A stretch of DNA of 63,963 nt, filler included, from Reclinomonas americana ATCC 50394 (lineage: Eukaryota), in assembly GCA_048213135.1 (NCBI GenBank). It is 5 parts of 4 records of this genome, joined end to end, with 100 filler letters (N's around TTAATTAATTAA, not from the genome) between each part and the next. Parts side by side here need not be neighbours in the genome. Positions count along the whole stretch, not along the records: positions 32,944 to 56,598 come from PS015142.1; 4 more parts are not named here. One strand, 5' to 3'. The notes under the pieces were generated by a model. It worked only from the letters and a program-made list of their open reading frames with translations. It had not been told where the DNA came from and made no database searches. Shown here piece after piece: positions 36,101 through 49,600 of this stretch (position 1 is the stretch's first letter; every line of letters starts with the position of its first letter). The translations under genes were made by a program, and so were the position numbers.

Positions 36101-37379
36101 TGGACGACCACCTCTCGATGCATGTACGTACTCATGTACACTTCGTGCGTGCAGCGCGTCTTCTCTCTACCCCTCCTCACCATCTTGAATAACAGAGCGA
36201 GGCACTTAGCGATGTGGTCGACGACCTCATGCAACAGTTCCCACTGGGCTCCACCACCGCATCGCCAGGCATGGCTCATCTCGGCAGCACCGACATTGAC
36301 TTGGCGCGCCAGTCGCTGTCGTCCGTGTCGTCATCGGCAGCACGGGGGTGGCCGCTGGAGCACTCATTCTCGTCCGCAGCGGAGGGGACTTTCGGAGCAG
36401 CTGGCGCGCGTCACGGCAGAGACGATGACGATGACGACGAGCATGTGCTTGACAAGATCATTGAGAGCACGCAGCGATTCCGTCGTGAAACTGCAGCCAT
36501 TCGACAGCGATGGACTGGAGATGCAGCGACGACAACCACGACGACAACTACAACCACAACGACGACGATGGCCGCTGCACTGCGTGACGACAGAATCGAC
36601 ACATTCTCGGATCTCGAACAGCAGTCGCTGCTGAGCGCTGGCGGTGGCGGTGGTGGAGCAAGTGGAGTGCCGCTCATGTCGGTGACTGGTGCCACGTCTA
36701 GCAGTGGGTCGTCCCTCTCGTCGTCATCGTCGGGATCGCTGGCCAACGATCGGCTGGACGCGATCCTCGACGATTTGCGAAGGACACGACGCACACTGGT
36801 GTCTTCCTCTGGTGGCAGATCTGCGGATGTTTCCACGCACAGTGTGGCCAGTGTGTTGACGTCGCACCCACTGCCGGACGACGGTGATGGTGATACCATT
36901 GACGACCCGAAGGACGATGAGCTGGATGAGAATGTGTCGGCCATCCTGCAGCAGTTGGCTGACGAGCTCGACGAGGATGCTGCACGAGCAGAGGCACGAC
37001 GACGTGCTCTGCCGTCAACCTATCTGCATGCATCGGGCAGTCGGGTCAGTGGAGTCCGTGCGGGCGCCGTATCGCGTTGTACATATTGAATTAACTCGTG
37101 TGTCCGCAGCAACGACTCGACACGGACTCGGTATCCGACATTGACACCGACTCAACCTTCGCGCTGTCTCCTGTGACACCGGCCGCAGCGTCCACACTGG
37201 ATGCACAACTGAATGCGCTGGTGACGTCGCCCGAGTTGCGCCTCTCGGGTGACGATGACTCATTGGAGGATATGGAGGGTGGCGATTTGTTGTCGACGAC
37301 GGACGACGAAGACGACGCCGGGGCGCCACGGCGGCAGAGCCCAACACTATCAGCGGCCCTCTCATCACGTTGGACATGA
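33191..37379 (+). CDS. CEP295-like centriolar protein (conserved N-terminus, long disordered Ser/Thr/acidic C-terminus)
   Basis: LSPAEEEAYRREIELTRRKRRLQEVRQQERDRA and SEAHRQ resemble the CEP295 N-terminal motifs as recalled. Confidence 0.65.
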
Positions 37380-37445
37380 TGATGGCACAGTGTACAGAAA
37401 GAGAATCAACAACTTTGTATTTGTACACACGTGCACGCACGTCGC

Positions 37446-40400
37446 TCAGCAAGCACAGCGACGGTCCTGCTCCTCCTTGACGTCGTCTTCGGCGTCCAAG
37501 TGCACCCGACCATCCTCATCGGCCGCGCAAAGCGGATTTGTGCCCATTTCCCTGCGGAGTGTACGTGAGCAGTCGATTGATTGCCAGCGCAGTGCGGAAT
37601 CAGTCAGTCACACATGCGACAGACCTTGTCGACACCCCAAACGACCCAGTGGTGGAGGTGGCCATGGAAGTCGTCCGGGCGTGGGCCGCCATAGAAGTTG
37701 ACCGGGCGTGGGCAGCTGCTCCTCCCACCGGGACCATGCTCAAGTCCATCCGCATGAGCACCTGCAGCACGGCGTCGCAGACAATGCGACGCACTTCACG
37801 AGCATCGTAACTCGCCGCTGAGCACTCGACGCTGTTTGCGCGCGTGCATGTGTGCGTGTGATTAGTGCGGAGGGGCATGATAGGCACAAAGTTGCAAGCT
37901 CACCATCGTAGCGAGTGCTTTTGTTCAAAGAGTTGCACTTCATCGGCAGCCACACGACAGGTCTTGCTGCCCGAGCTCACCGTGTCACTCTGCATGCACC
38001 CGGTGCGTGAGCAACGGAGCGGGTCTCCGCTGAAAGAGAACGAACAAACCTTGTTGGCGACAGCATAGGAGACGATAAAATTGCCGGCGTTGCGGCGCTG
38101 GCCCTCGCGCAACGAGTTGACCAGCCAGCCCTCGAGAGAGAGCCACGATCGGCGATCAGTCACGTCGAACATCAGAAGTGCACTCTGTGTGTGGTTAAAG
38201 TAGCTGCCGACCAGCGACAGGTTGGAATCGGAGCCTGCGCGTGATCAGCCACTGTGAGAACGGGAGCGAGCAGAATTGGGAGAGGATTTTGACGGATGCT
38301 CCACCGCACCCATAGTATCGACGAGCTGTGGAAGAAGAGGTGAAGAGTGAGTCAAATGCCCCGGAAAAGTGCACGCATGTAAAGAGAGTGACGGTGCGCA
38401 ACTCGCACTCGAATGGTTCGATTGTCGGGCTCCGGCAACGTCATGTACAATCTGCGCCACCACCCAATCAGTATTGGCAACAACAACAGAGAGAGAAGGA
38501 AGGAACCGAGACGACTTACGTGTACATCTCCACTGTGCGTCATGAAGATGCGCGCGCGTGTGTGTGAGACAATGATGCAGAGCAACAGCACAGAGCACAA
38601 GAGTTGCGTACCGCCGAGGGTGGCCTTCGGTGTGTCGATAGCAGCGTTCCCGAATGCAAACTTGCGAGCAAACTGACTCTTGCCGACTGTTCGCGCTTCA
38701 GCATGCCACGCACACAGGTGCAAAACACACACATGCGACACTCACCACCAGAGTTGCCGATCAGCAGGATCGCCACGTCGACAATGTTTTCGGTGCCAGG
38801 AGCCGGATGCTCCTACGCGACAGCCGAAAAATGAGGCACGGAGAATGAGCAACACGCATCGATCATCGGCCAGACGCAACATGGAACGTGACGGTTTCCG
38901 ACAAAATGGACGACGCCGACAGGTAGGGCAGGAAGGAGCATGTGCGCGCATGCATGGGCGCAATGGAGCGGTCGTGCACTGGTCGATCCGACAAGTGAGA
39001 ACACTGCAAAAAAGACACACAGCGGAGTAACGATCGCACACGAACCCGCTGGCGAGGAGCCCACACCCTGCACACAATGCACGCCGATTAGAAACGATGC
39101 AAGCAATCATGACGCTTCTGGTAAGGAACAGACGACGCACCGCATCGGTTTGCTGTGGCACGCGACGGCGCTCGCGCGGTACCGCTGGCGAGTCGGCTGC
39201 CGGTGCAGCCGCGGCAGCTGCCAGCTGAGTGCGAAGCTCCGTCAGCTCGGCGTCTCTGGCCTGCAACTCTCCGTTCATGCGTGCCTGTTCGGCAGTAAAC
39301 GCCTGTACATCCTGCTCGTACACTGTGCCACACACAATGTTGGCAAGGACGACGACGGAAAACAAGAGATTTTACAATGCGAGCAGGCGCAACTCGTGAT
39401 GCGGTGCTCCCGTGCCGCCAGCATGGCTTTCAGTTCCTGTACACAACCGGCAGGTGTGAGGACGCTCGCTGCATGCACGCGCGACTGCAAGCACGTGCAC
39501 CACCGACACATACCGAACAGGATGCCTCCAGTTTCTCCACCTGATGCACCTCGGTGCGCTCTGTACAGGAACCCGGCCAATGTCAGAGAGCGACCATGGC
39601 TCGTACCCACAGAGTTCAACACGCAACTGGTCTCCTCCAGCGAGTCCACACGCCAGGTGAGACGCTGCATGTTTTCGTCGCGCTCACGGACCGCGGCCCG
39701 AGCAGCCTCCAGCTGCCTCACACAAGTCAGACACTTGCGCTCGAGAAGAGAAAGTTGTGCGTGTCACACACCTCGGTCTCCAGCTGCGCGATACGCAAGC
39801 GAGCCTTCTCCGCCTGCGCATGCCGGCGCGCCTCAATGTCCAACTCCTCCTTCATCTCCTGCTTGGCCTCCTCGCTGGCCTCCAGCGTCATTTCCGCCCG
39901 ATTCAGCTGAATACGCGTCTGGTTCAACGCCTGTGCGTGCACACAGTGTCAGCGAGAGGACCACACCAGCAGGGGGGCAAGCAAGAACGGAACCTCCTTC
40001 AGCGACTCGACATCCTCCCGAGCCGACACCAGATCGAGGTCCTGCGTTCGTACCCGGTTCTCCAGCTCCCGGCGCTGTGCCGTGTTGCTGAGCCAAAAAC
40101 CACAGCCACACACCAACACCACCGCGGTAGTGACAGACCTTGACAGTCTCCGCCGCCAGCGCCTCACTCTCCGCACGCAATCGCTCTCGCACCTCCTCCA
40201 GCGACCGCGTCAGCTGCACTCCAAACTCTATCACCAAGATGAGAGTGTGATGCACTGCGTGAGAGACAATGACACACAGTCACACCTCCTGCCTCGACCA
40301 ACTGCGCCTCCATCTCCTGGTTTTCGGCCAGCAACACGTTGATGAACTCCTTGAGCTGCTTGGCATCCGTCATGGGGTTCCCATTGAGACTGCTGGCCGA

Positions 40401-40665
40401 GAAGCGATTGCCACCGCGACGAGGCGGTCTCTTCTCACTCGCCGACGACGACGATGCAGCTTGAGGCGGAGGAGGAGGCGCCGCTGCACTGGCCGGAGCA
40501 GGCAGACGACCTGTGTGTCGCAAAGTGTCAGAGACAGAGAGTGCGTAAGAGAGTGTGTGTGTGTGTGAGACAGAGACCATGCTCCTGCAGCGCACGAGCG
40601 CGTGCGGCCTCCTTGTGCGCCTCAGACGGGTCGTCGCCGACCGACAGTGTGCGCTGCGATGCCAT
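37446..40665 (-). CDS. Coiled-coil + divergent Rab GTPase with C-terminal CxC ('large Rab')
   Basis: Spliced GNSGVGKS, ATLGVE, LVDTMGS, FDVTD, NKSD, ECSA; ends RRCAC*; heptad-rich exons 39150-40660. Confidence 0.75.
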
Positions 40666-40731
40666 GAAACACAGAGACTGAATGGAAGATCAACGGAGGA
40701 ATACCTCGTGTGTGTGTGTGTGAGGACGCAA

Positions 40732-40935
40732 ATGGAGAGTGCACTGTTGGCGCTGCTGTCGGCACCGAGCAAGTCGTTTGTGGACCGGCTCTTTCTCAAG
40801 GCCTTCTCGTGTCGACATGATCGCGCACCTCCGGCCGAGTTTGTCTCCGCAGTCGCCGAGCAACTGGGCGCCGATGAGCCCAGCACTCTGCAAGTTGCAC
40901 ACACACACGATGCTCATGAGAGACACGCCGCACAC

Positions 40936-40975
<40 letters not shown>

Positions 40976-41534
40976 GTTGATTCACGCGATTCAAGAGTGC
41001 ATTGGCAAGTCGCAGTATGCGGCCGAGTCAGAGGTCGGCTCTGGTGCCGAGTGTGCGAATGCGGCGCTGTCGGCTGAGTTTGAGCCGCGGTTGCGTGCGC
41101 TCATTGGTGACATTCTGTGGGCGCATCGGCAAGAGTGGCGAGAGGAGTCCATTCAGGTCCTCCTTGCCTTGTGAGATGAAGTTCCGACGAGCGCTGCGCG
41201 CGCGCTGATCCTCCGTGTGCTGCGCAGACGCAAGTGTCGTTCCCGCGACTGGTGGACTTTGACTGGCGAGTGGACGTGCGAGCGGCGTCGCAGTTGGTTG
41301 GACGCATGGCGGCACCGGCTGTGTTGCTGTCGCTCAAGGTACATTCTTCCCCCCTTTGCTTTGTGAGTCGTTTGTTGTGGTGCTCATGTGGCCGTGTAGA
41401 CGCTGGCCAACCCGACCAAGAGTGGAGTGGTGCCACCGGTGCAGAATGTGACGTTTGAGATGACGCGTGAGACGTTGCAGGCGCTGTTGAATGGGCTCGG
41501 CGACATTCGCACGCAGCTCAATGCACTCAAATGA
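40732..41534 (+). CDS. COMMD9: COMM domain-containing protein 9
   Basis: LLALLSAPSK; PRLVDFDWRVDV..RMAAP..L.L; NVTFEMTRETLQALLNGLGDIRTQL. Confidence 0.85.
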
Positions 41535-41606
41535 GCAAACGACGCTGGCGGGCGGTGCATGCGCTGCTGTGTGGTCAACAGTGAATGATGTGGTTTGGCA
41601 TTACTT

Positions 41607-43567
41607 TTACTGTGCTACTGCTGCTGCTGCTGCCACTGGTGGTGGTGGTGGTTGCTGGTGCTGTGCCCGCAGTGCACTCGACGACAGGTCAACGCGGAAC
41701 TCTTCCTCGCTCAACCCCACAAACATATCTTCAAAGCCGATCGGCGGTCGCAAAATGGAGGCGTCGAGGAACGTGGGCGCTGTGTCCACAGTCAGCATTT
41801 GGCAGTCGATGCAGAGGTGGGGGGGATACCTCACGCACCATCGGTCAGTGTGGCCGTGTTTCGTGCGCTGGCGCTGTATCGACCGCCGACCACGAATCGA
41901 ATGCCGAGAGCGCGTGCATCGGCCAGGGCGTGCACGAGTGCCGCCTCACTGTTGCCGTAGTATCTGTGTATGGAGTGAGGATGAGCAGCCATCTCACACG
42001 GCGGCAAACCTCCGAGAGCGACGACGCAACTTGACGTCGAGCAGCCGCAGAGCCGTGTCGATTCCGACCACAAACCAAGCGCCGGGAAAGAGCGCAGCCT
42101 TGCGAGTGAACAGTGGTTCACTGGTGAGCGCCACCACGGCGCCAGCAGCTTTGTAGTAGAAGTGAGGACACCCACAGCGCCGATGGTGGACAAGGAACAC
42201 ACGCCCACTGACCCTCGGTCGACTCGTACAGCTGCTCGTTTGCAAAATTGGCCAGACGACTCGCAATGTCGGCAGACTCCAGCGGCGGCTTGTCAGCATT
42301 GACAATGCTGAGCTCGTACACAATATCCATGCGCTTTCCTGTTGCACTGGCGGAGTCAGTGGCGGGCGTTGTGAACACACGACGCAGGCACACGAAACCT
42401 GGCTGCTGCACTTTTCGACGTGCGGCCTCTGCCAACAACTGTGCGCAGCAATAAGACGCGAGAAGGTGGGGGGAATAGAAGACAGTGGACACGCCCAAAC
42501 GCAACAATGTGACCGCGGTGCACGGGGTTGCTGCGAAGGAGATGAGTTTGTGTGGTGCAAGCAGAAGAGAAAGCATCGGCAGGTCGACGCAACAACGATC
42601 CGGCAAACACCAACAGGTCGCAGTCGCGAGTTGCACCCAACGGGTAGCGAGCCACCGGCATTGCCGGCACGCCACCGCGCGGAACGACGACCACAGAAGT
42701 GTGGCTGCCGAGATCATCGTCGGGGGCATTCCTCCTCGTCGTCACATCCTGCACACCGTCCAAGCTCTCCGTGTGCTCCTCCGACACGTCGTCGGGCAGG
42801 GCCAGGCTCGCCGCATACGCCTCAAACTCCAACAGTTCCGGCGTGTCTGGCGGCAGTGCGCGTCGCCCAATGTCACGCAGCAGCAGCATACTCACCACGT
42901 GATCCTCGTCCACGCGACTCCGCTGATCCTTCGCCAACGTCACCGTGTGGTGGTACACTGCATGCGCCGCACGGATCGCCATGTGCGCGCTGTGCGTCGT
43001 CATGAGAAGACAACTCGTTTTCCCCCCAATCCCCGCACTCTCTCGCACACACTGACCGGTGCTCGCCACGCTTCGGCCGACTCGACACCAACGCACACGT
43101 TGCTCCCACTCCCAGCAGTCGATCCGCCTGCTGCACCACATCCACCACATCCACAGTCTGCTCATCGCCAGCTCGTGTCAATCGCACTGCACTCTCGTAC
43201 GCTCGCTGTGCCATTAGTGCCGCCACTTCGCTGGAGGAGTACTGTCGCGATGGGTGGTGAGACGCAGGCAGAGAGAAGGAGAGAGAGAGCACAGAGTCAC
43301 ACCGATACTGGCACACATCCCAGCACTTCTGTGGTCGCCGCTGCAGCGTATGACACTCGTGCGTCGAGCAGGAACGCGGAGCAACCGGGTGTGGAGACGA
43401 GTGATGACACTGTGCGACTGCCACCACCTGCTCACTGTGGCGTGAGAGAGAGACAACTGGGATGCATTGCACATACACACAAACACACCAGTAATGTTGA
43501 GCACTGCGCGCACTCCGCTCTCGTACAGTCGCGTGAGGAAGCGGTGCACGATGCTCGGCTGCTCCAT
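41607..43567 (-). CDS. CinA-like + nucleotidyltransferase (NMNAT-like) fusion protein
   Basis: ITGGG..PGCS..LLDARVSY, GVGATCAL..RPKRG.H, spliced GSFNPVHRGH, YELSIVNADKPPL, PLF..KA.LFPG..FVVGIDTA.RL. Confidence 0.85.
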
Positions 43568-43671
43568 GAGTGCGAAAGTGAGAGGATTCACTCCGACCAA
43601 TCAAAACACTCACAGGCGTGTGTGCGCATACACGCACCGACGCACTGACGCTGTGTCTGTGTGTGTATGCA

Positions 43672-46600
43672 ATGGAGGGCCACTTGTGGTGTCCAACCGG
43701 CCAGGAGAGCGTCTCGTTTGCACAGTTCTGGGTCCGAGCACAACAATACACATTGTCGGTGTTCCGATCACATGAGGTCTCTCTCGCCTGTCGCCACCTT
43801 GACTCGCACACACGCTCTCTCTCATGCCGCTCGCTCACACACACAGGATACCATCCCGTGCAACGAAATCAGTCTGCTGACCATAGCGGAGATTGAGCGG
43901 GCCACTGACACGTCGCAGTTCTTTGCACTCGTTGAGCGCACTCCGCCGCATGTGCAGCACCTGTTTGAGGCCAGCTCGCACGAGGAGAAGATGCGATGGG
44001 TGCAGACGCTGCGCGAGTTGATGGAGGTCAGGCCTGTGGCGGTGCGTACATCTGTCTCACACGAGGTGCAATTGGCTGGCGTGCCACTCACTTGTGCTGC
44101 ATTCCGCAGACGAATGTGCGTGGAGAGGTAGAGAGTGACGAGAGCAGCAGTGGGAGCAGCAGCAGACTGACATGCATGCCTCCTCCCCTCACACAGTCGA
44201 TGGCCACACTGGCGTTCTCGCGAGTGGCCGAGCGCATGCGACAGGACTCGTCGAGTCGGGAAGATGGGGTCACGCGGCACGCGCACAGTGATATCGAGGT
44301 GGAGAGAGCTCGCACGTTGCATAAGCAGACGCAGGAGCATGCTCAGGCCGCTGTGGAGAAGCTGCTGCGACCGATGCTGTTGAATAAGTTTGTGTTTCAC
44401 GGTCATCGGCCAGGCAGCCATCACAAGCGATGGTTTGCCATCTCCGAGGATCGCAAGTCGCTTCTGGTGCGCTGATGCGGGGGTGCAACAGCACTCGTCT
44501 GCTCGTGTGCGTGTGCGATACTGATATGGGTGTATGTACGTACCGCAGTGGGGAAGCAAGGCGCGTGGCTTGGGACGCTCAGTGCCATTGTCGTCGGTAC
44601 TCGACATTTGGAGCGGCGTGAAGACGCCGGTGCTCAAGGCGGCACTGGATGCCGGTTGGAGCGAGTTGCTTGGTGCGTCGCGTTGGCACGCCTTGTAATC
44701 TCGCTGCAGAATCGCTAATGGGTTGATCCGCATCGCAGCCACCGGCTTCAGTGTGATGCTGCAGGATCGCACCATCGACATTATGTGCACCAGTGCAACG
44801 GTGCGCGACCAGTGGGTCACGGCGCTGACGTATCTGCGTTTCGGCATCGAGCAGTTGCTGGAGCGTGAGGTGCGGGGGAGGCAAAGACTCTCTTTAGCCG
44901 CGACACTCGCGTTCCTCACCATATTCTTCGCAGATGGTGATTGGCAGCTCCGAGCAGGCCGTTGGTGGCGTTCTCGTACCACCAAGCAGCACACTCTCCA
45001 GTAACGGATCCACATCCAACAATCCAGTCAGTACCGCTGCTGCAGGTCCTGCCGTCGCCGTTTCACCCGCCTTGGCTTCTCCAGTGGTACCTATAGTCGC
45101 CCCGGTAACTACGACAACAACAACGACCACCACCACCACTACCGCCACTACTGCCAGCGCCACTCCCGCTAATGCCACTGCTGCTGCTGGTTTGCCATCA
45201 GCGCCTTTGGTGGTGGAGACGGCAGTGGTCGATCCAGCTCAGCTCACGGTGCATCGGCCATCACTCGATCTGCCGCCGTCGGAGCGTGATGACCTGCGAC
45301 GATCGCCCTCCGCTGATGCTGTCGTATCTTTTGCTCCCCTCCGTCTATCGCCGACGCGACCTCTGTTGTTGCCGACACACAATGGCCGCTCGTCGCCAAG
45401 CTCGCCCATCACGCCGTCATCTCTGCGTCAGGCCGATGAGCCGACGCGGAAGTCGCGAATGGCTCGCCACTTTCCTCGCGTGCAGTCGATGGGCCCCATG
45501 CTGGCCAACGTTGCGTGACCGCGTCTATGTTTCCATCGCCCTTTGGCTGCAGCCATTCACCGCATGTTCATGGCACAGGAGGTTCTGTCGAGACGTGCGG
45601 CGCTGAAGGAGTCGACGGTGTGGGAGTGTTCCACGCTGCTGGAGGCGATGTTGGCGGTCGATGCAGATGTGTGGGAAGAACGTCTGCTGGTACTGCGGAA
45701 TACCGATCTGTGCTTCTTCACCAAGGTTTGATGTCGTCGTGGCCGTCGCGTGTTGTGCATCGCTCACTCGGCCTCCGTATATGCAGCGCTCGTGGTCACA
45801 CGTACGTTCCGTGTTTCTGGGCGACATTGTCTCGGTGGAGGACGTGAGCAGCGAGGAGCGTGCGGCACGGCCATTTGCGTTTCGCATCGAGACGTCGACT
45901 ACCAGGTGACTCGGGACGCACAGATATGAGTCGCTTTATGTCGTGCTCATCGAGATTGTCGGTCTCGTGCAGCAATACGATCCTCGTTGCGGTGCAGAGT
46001 CAGGAGGAAGTCACTTTGTGGATCCAAGCCATTGCGACGCAAAGGGTTAGTGTTCCCTCTCTTGCTGATGGATGGGATGTCGAGTCTCTCTAACGCGATC
46101 GGTGACGCTGCGCAGCACGAGTGGGCCAAGTCGGCACGCGACGGTGCCGTGCAACACTGGTTCAACTCGTGCAACGGCAACGTGGAGCAGTTCATGAAGG
46201 GCATGATTGAGGCCATGGAGCGGGTGGTTCCCTCGTTCACTGGCGACCTGAGGAAGATGAAGCAAGTGTTTAACGATCGCATGAACTCACTCATTCGACA
46301 AGTTGCGTGCACGCATGTATTGCGCGCCTCTGCGACATCCAGTCACTCACTTGCGCGTGCGTATAGTCGGCTCGGTTGGCGGTGCTACCCGACGCCCCAC
46401 AAGGACCCGATGTGTCGTGGCAGATTTCGTCGGATGCAATCGAGTTTGTGGAGAAGGTGGCAGAGGGCATGTATGGCGAGGTTTACAAGTTGCGTGGTGA
46501 TTCTGCGCTCACTCACGGCATGGTCGTCGGATCTGACACGCTACTATTAGAGCAAGGCTGTGGGGTGCCGATGTCGCGGTGAAACGACTCAAGAACAGAG

Positions 46601-49600
46601 CTGTGACGCCGAAGCTGCTGGCCGACATTCGCACCGAAGTCGGAATGATGGTGTACGTATTCATATCTCCCATGTCGACTTGCCGCTGCAAGTGCTAATC
46701 CCGCCCCGTGTTTGCGGTAGTGCGCTTCGGCATCCCAACATTGTTCTGTTCATTGGTGTCGGCTCGACCAATGTCGGCAGCAAGGACGGTGGAACGTCGC
46801 CTGTCATTGCCATGGAGTACATGGAACGAGGTTTGCTCACGCGCGTGTGTGCTGCGGTTGTGTGTGTGTGTGCTAAGCTGCTGCTGCAGGCAACTTGTAC
46901 AACATCATCAAACCGATGCGGGAGCGTGTAGTGGTCACAGACGCGCGACTGTGGCGCATGCTGGTCGGCGTCGCCGCTGGCATGAACTATCTGCACATGC
47001 GAGACATTATTCACTTGGACCTGAAGCCGCTCAATCTGCTGGTGCGGATCGCGAGGAGCTCTTCATGTTGCACTATGTACTCAAGCTGCACTCGCAGGTT
47101 GATCAAAACTACACCGTCAAGATCTCAGACTTTGGCCTGTCGCGAGTCCTGGAGACGGGACAGGCGTCGGGTGCGGTAGGAACCATCATTTACATGGTAC
47201 GTGCTGCGGCGCTGCTGTTGTTGTTGCATGTGTTGCGCGGCGACTCATGCATGTGATTCGATGCAGGCACCTGAGGTGATATGCCGACCATGGACTTGCC
47301 TTCCGTGTACTCTGTTGCTCATGTTCTCTTCTCCAGGTGGCACTATCGCCGAGTTATGGAAAGCCAGGTGAGGTCGCCCTTGTTGTGATCTAAACAGAAT
47401 GTGACGAGTTGCGCTCACTATCTGTTTTGCTGCGCAGCCGACGTGTTCAGTTGCATCCACATGCGCCGCCGGTTCTTGTGTGAGTCCATGTCGTCTGACA
47501 GCCATCGGTGTACACAGGCTTCGGCATCACGCTGTTCGAGATCATGTTTATCCGTGATCACCCCGATTTTGATATCTTCCAGAAAGGTGGGACCCCAGCT
47601 ACTTCTGTTTGTGTGTGTGTGTGTGTTGGTTCTCACGGCGGTCGTGCAGAGGATTGGGTGTTTGCACACATTCGTGAGCCCCTCATGCACAATCAGGAAC
47701 CTGCGCTGCCGCCGTGGTGGCCACCGGCTCTGAACGTTGCGATCGCGCTAGCGAGTGCATTGGTGCAGAATGCAATCGCTGATTTCTTGTTTCCGATTTT
47801 TGCAGGACTTGATCAAGCGATGTCTGCTGGCGGATGTGACCGCACGGCCAACGTTTGAGAGCATCAGCGCGTTTCTCGACACCATTGGACGTTCGTGTGA
47901 CTGTCGTTGTGGTCGGTTTTCCGTCGCTCCAGTCTGACTCTCTTGCTGTGCAGCTGGCGACTCGACAGCGGCCACACCACGCGACGAGTGGTTCCTCGAG
48001 CGCTACGAGGCCAGGTGGTTCTTCGAGAACGTTCAGCGGGGTGAGCTGTCATGTCACTAGCCCTTCCCTCCTCTTGGTCGCTCTCTCTCACACTTATGTT
48101 GCAGACCCGCTGTGCCTTGAGCAACTGGATCAGAACCAGGTGCTGGCTCCGCGCGAGGTCTTGCGAGTACTCATGTCGTGCTTCGATTACGAGGTCTGTG
48201 TGTGCTCTCTCGTGTACATGGTGTATCTGGGTTGCTCACCTGCGCACACGTTGATAGGTCGCATGGTTGGCGGCGAGTGCCGTAGCCTTCCTGCGCGATC
48301 GCGACGATCACCTGCTGGCGGTGCAGGTGTTGAGCAAGCTGGCATTCAATCGTTGCGTTTGAAAGTCACGCCTCGCCGATGCATGGCTTCTGTGCACTCA
48401 CTCCGTGCTGCAGCGCAAGCAAGTTCGTATGTTGCCGGTGCGCCGGTGAACGGGTGGTTCACCTTTCTCCGTTCGACCAATCCGCGAGTTGTTCGTGGCG
48501 CGCTGCTGGCCGTGCAGCATCTCTTGTCGCATCTGAACATTGAAGGTGAGTTGTGTTGCGCACGCAGTCTGTCTCTCCCGTGATGCCAACTCGGGCTGGT
48601 CACAGAACGGATAGTGTCGCACCTCGTTGAGGAACGCCTGGGCGAGGCATTAGCCGTCGCCATGCAACTGCGAGACGCGGATGTGGATTCGGCGCTGGTG
48701 GCCGTCTTGCATCGACTCGCCGATTTTGGTGCGTCTCTTGTGTTTGCGGAGCCATTTGGCGCGGGCAGATGCTTGACAGGCCTTCTCCTTTCAGAATCCG
48801 GTGCTCTGCTGGTCTCCGACCTGCGCATGCTTCGCTTCCTGCTGCCGCACAGTGTGAACAGTCGACCAACATCCAACATGCTGCAGCGATTACCGCTGCT
48901 CGGTTCGTGTCTTTATCGATGCACACGATGATTCTCTCTCTCTCTCACCAGCGATTGCTGCAGAGTCGGTGCTGCAAGAGGAAGCCGAAAAGCTCGGCGT
49001 GGAGTTGATGGCTGGTGCTGACGGTGCAGGCTTCATCAGGCAGTCGCCATACATTGGTGCGGCCTCGGGACCGCTCATGTCGCCGACTCGCATTGTTGTC
49101 GGCAGCCCCACGGCCACTGTGCCAGGTGCGGACCACCACCTTTTCTTCTTTTGTGATGTCACTTCACAGCAACTTATTGTGTTCTCCAGCAGTGCTGAGC
49201 CCGGAGAGATCGCTGATGCCAGAGGCGTTGAATGAGCGTGTCGAAGCGCTAATGTCGCAGTTGGCGACCACGGAACTGACGGATCCAGATGCACTTCGTG
49301 CGCGACTACGCGACGTCTTGTCTTCTGAGTTTGAGCGACAACATCTGGAAGCTGAGAGGTCAGTAGCGGTGCTCTCTTGTGCACTGACTTTTGGCCCCCT
49401 CTCACCAAATGCACACAGTCACGTGGACAAGTGGCTGCGCCAGGCAGCGGCTGTCACACAGCTTGCTCCGTACTTGTACATTGGCAGTTGCGGAATCGTG
49501 GCACGTCTGAAGAATGCGTTCTACACTCTCTCACCATGGTGGAGTGCAGGTCACGTGTATGCTCGTCACGCGGAGACACTGGAGACGCTGATGATTACGG

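Noticed and set aside
42520-42593. Reading the GTTGCG introns as non-GT (G|TTGCG) introns shifted by one base
   Set aside because: The shift loses both GT and AG ends and turns the conserved GSFNP into GSLNP; the GT-AG placement fits better.
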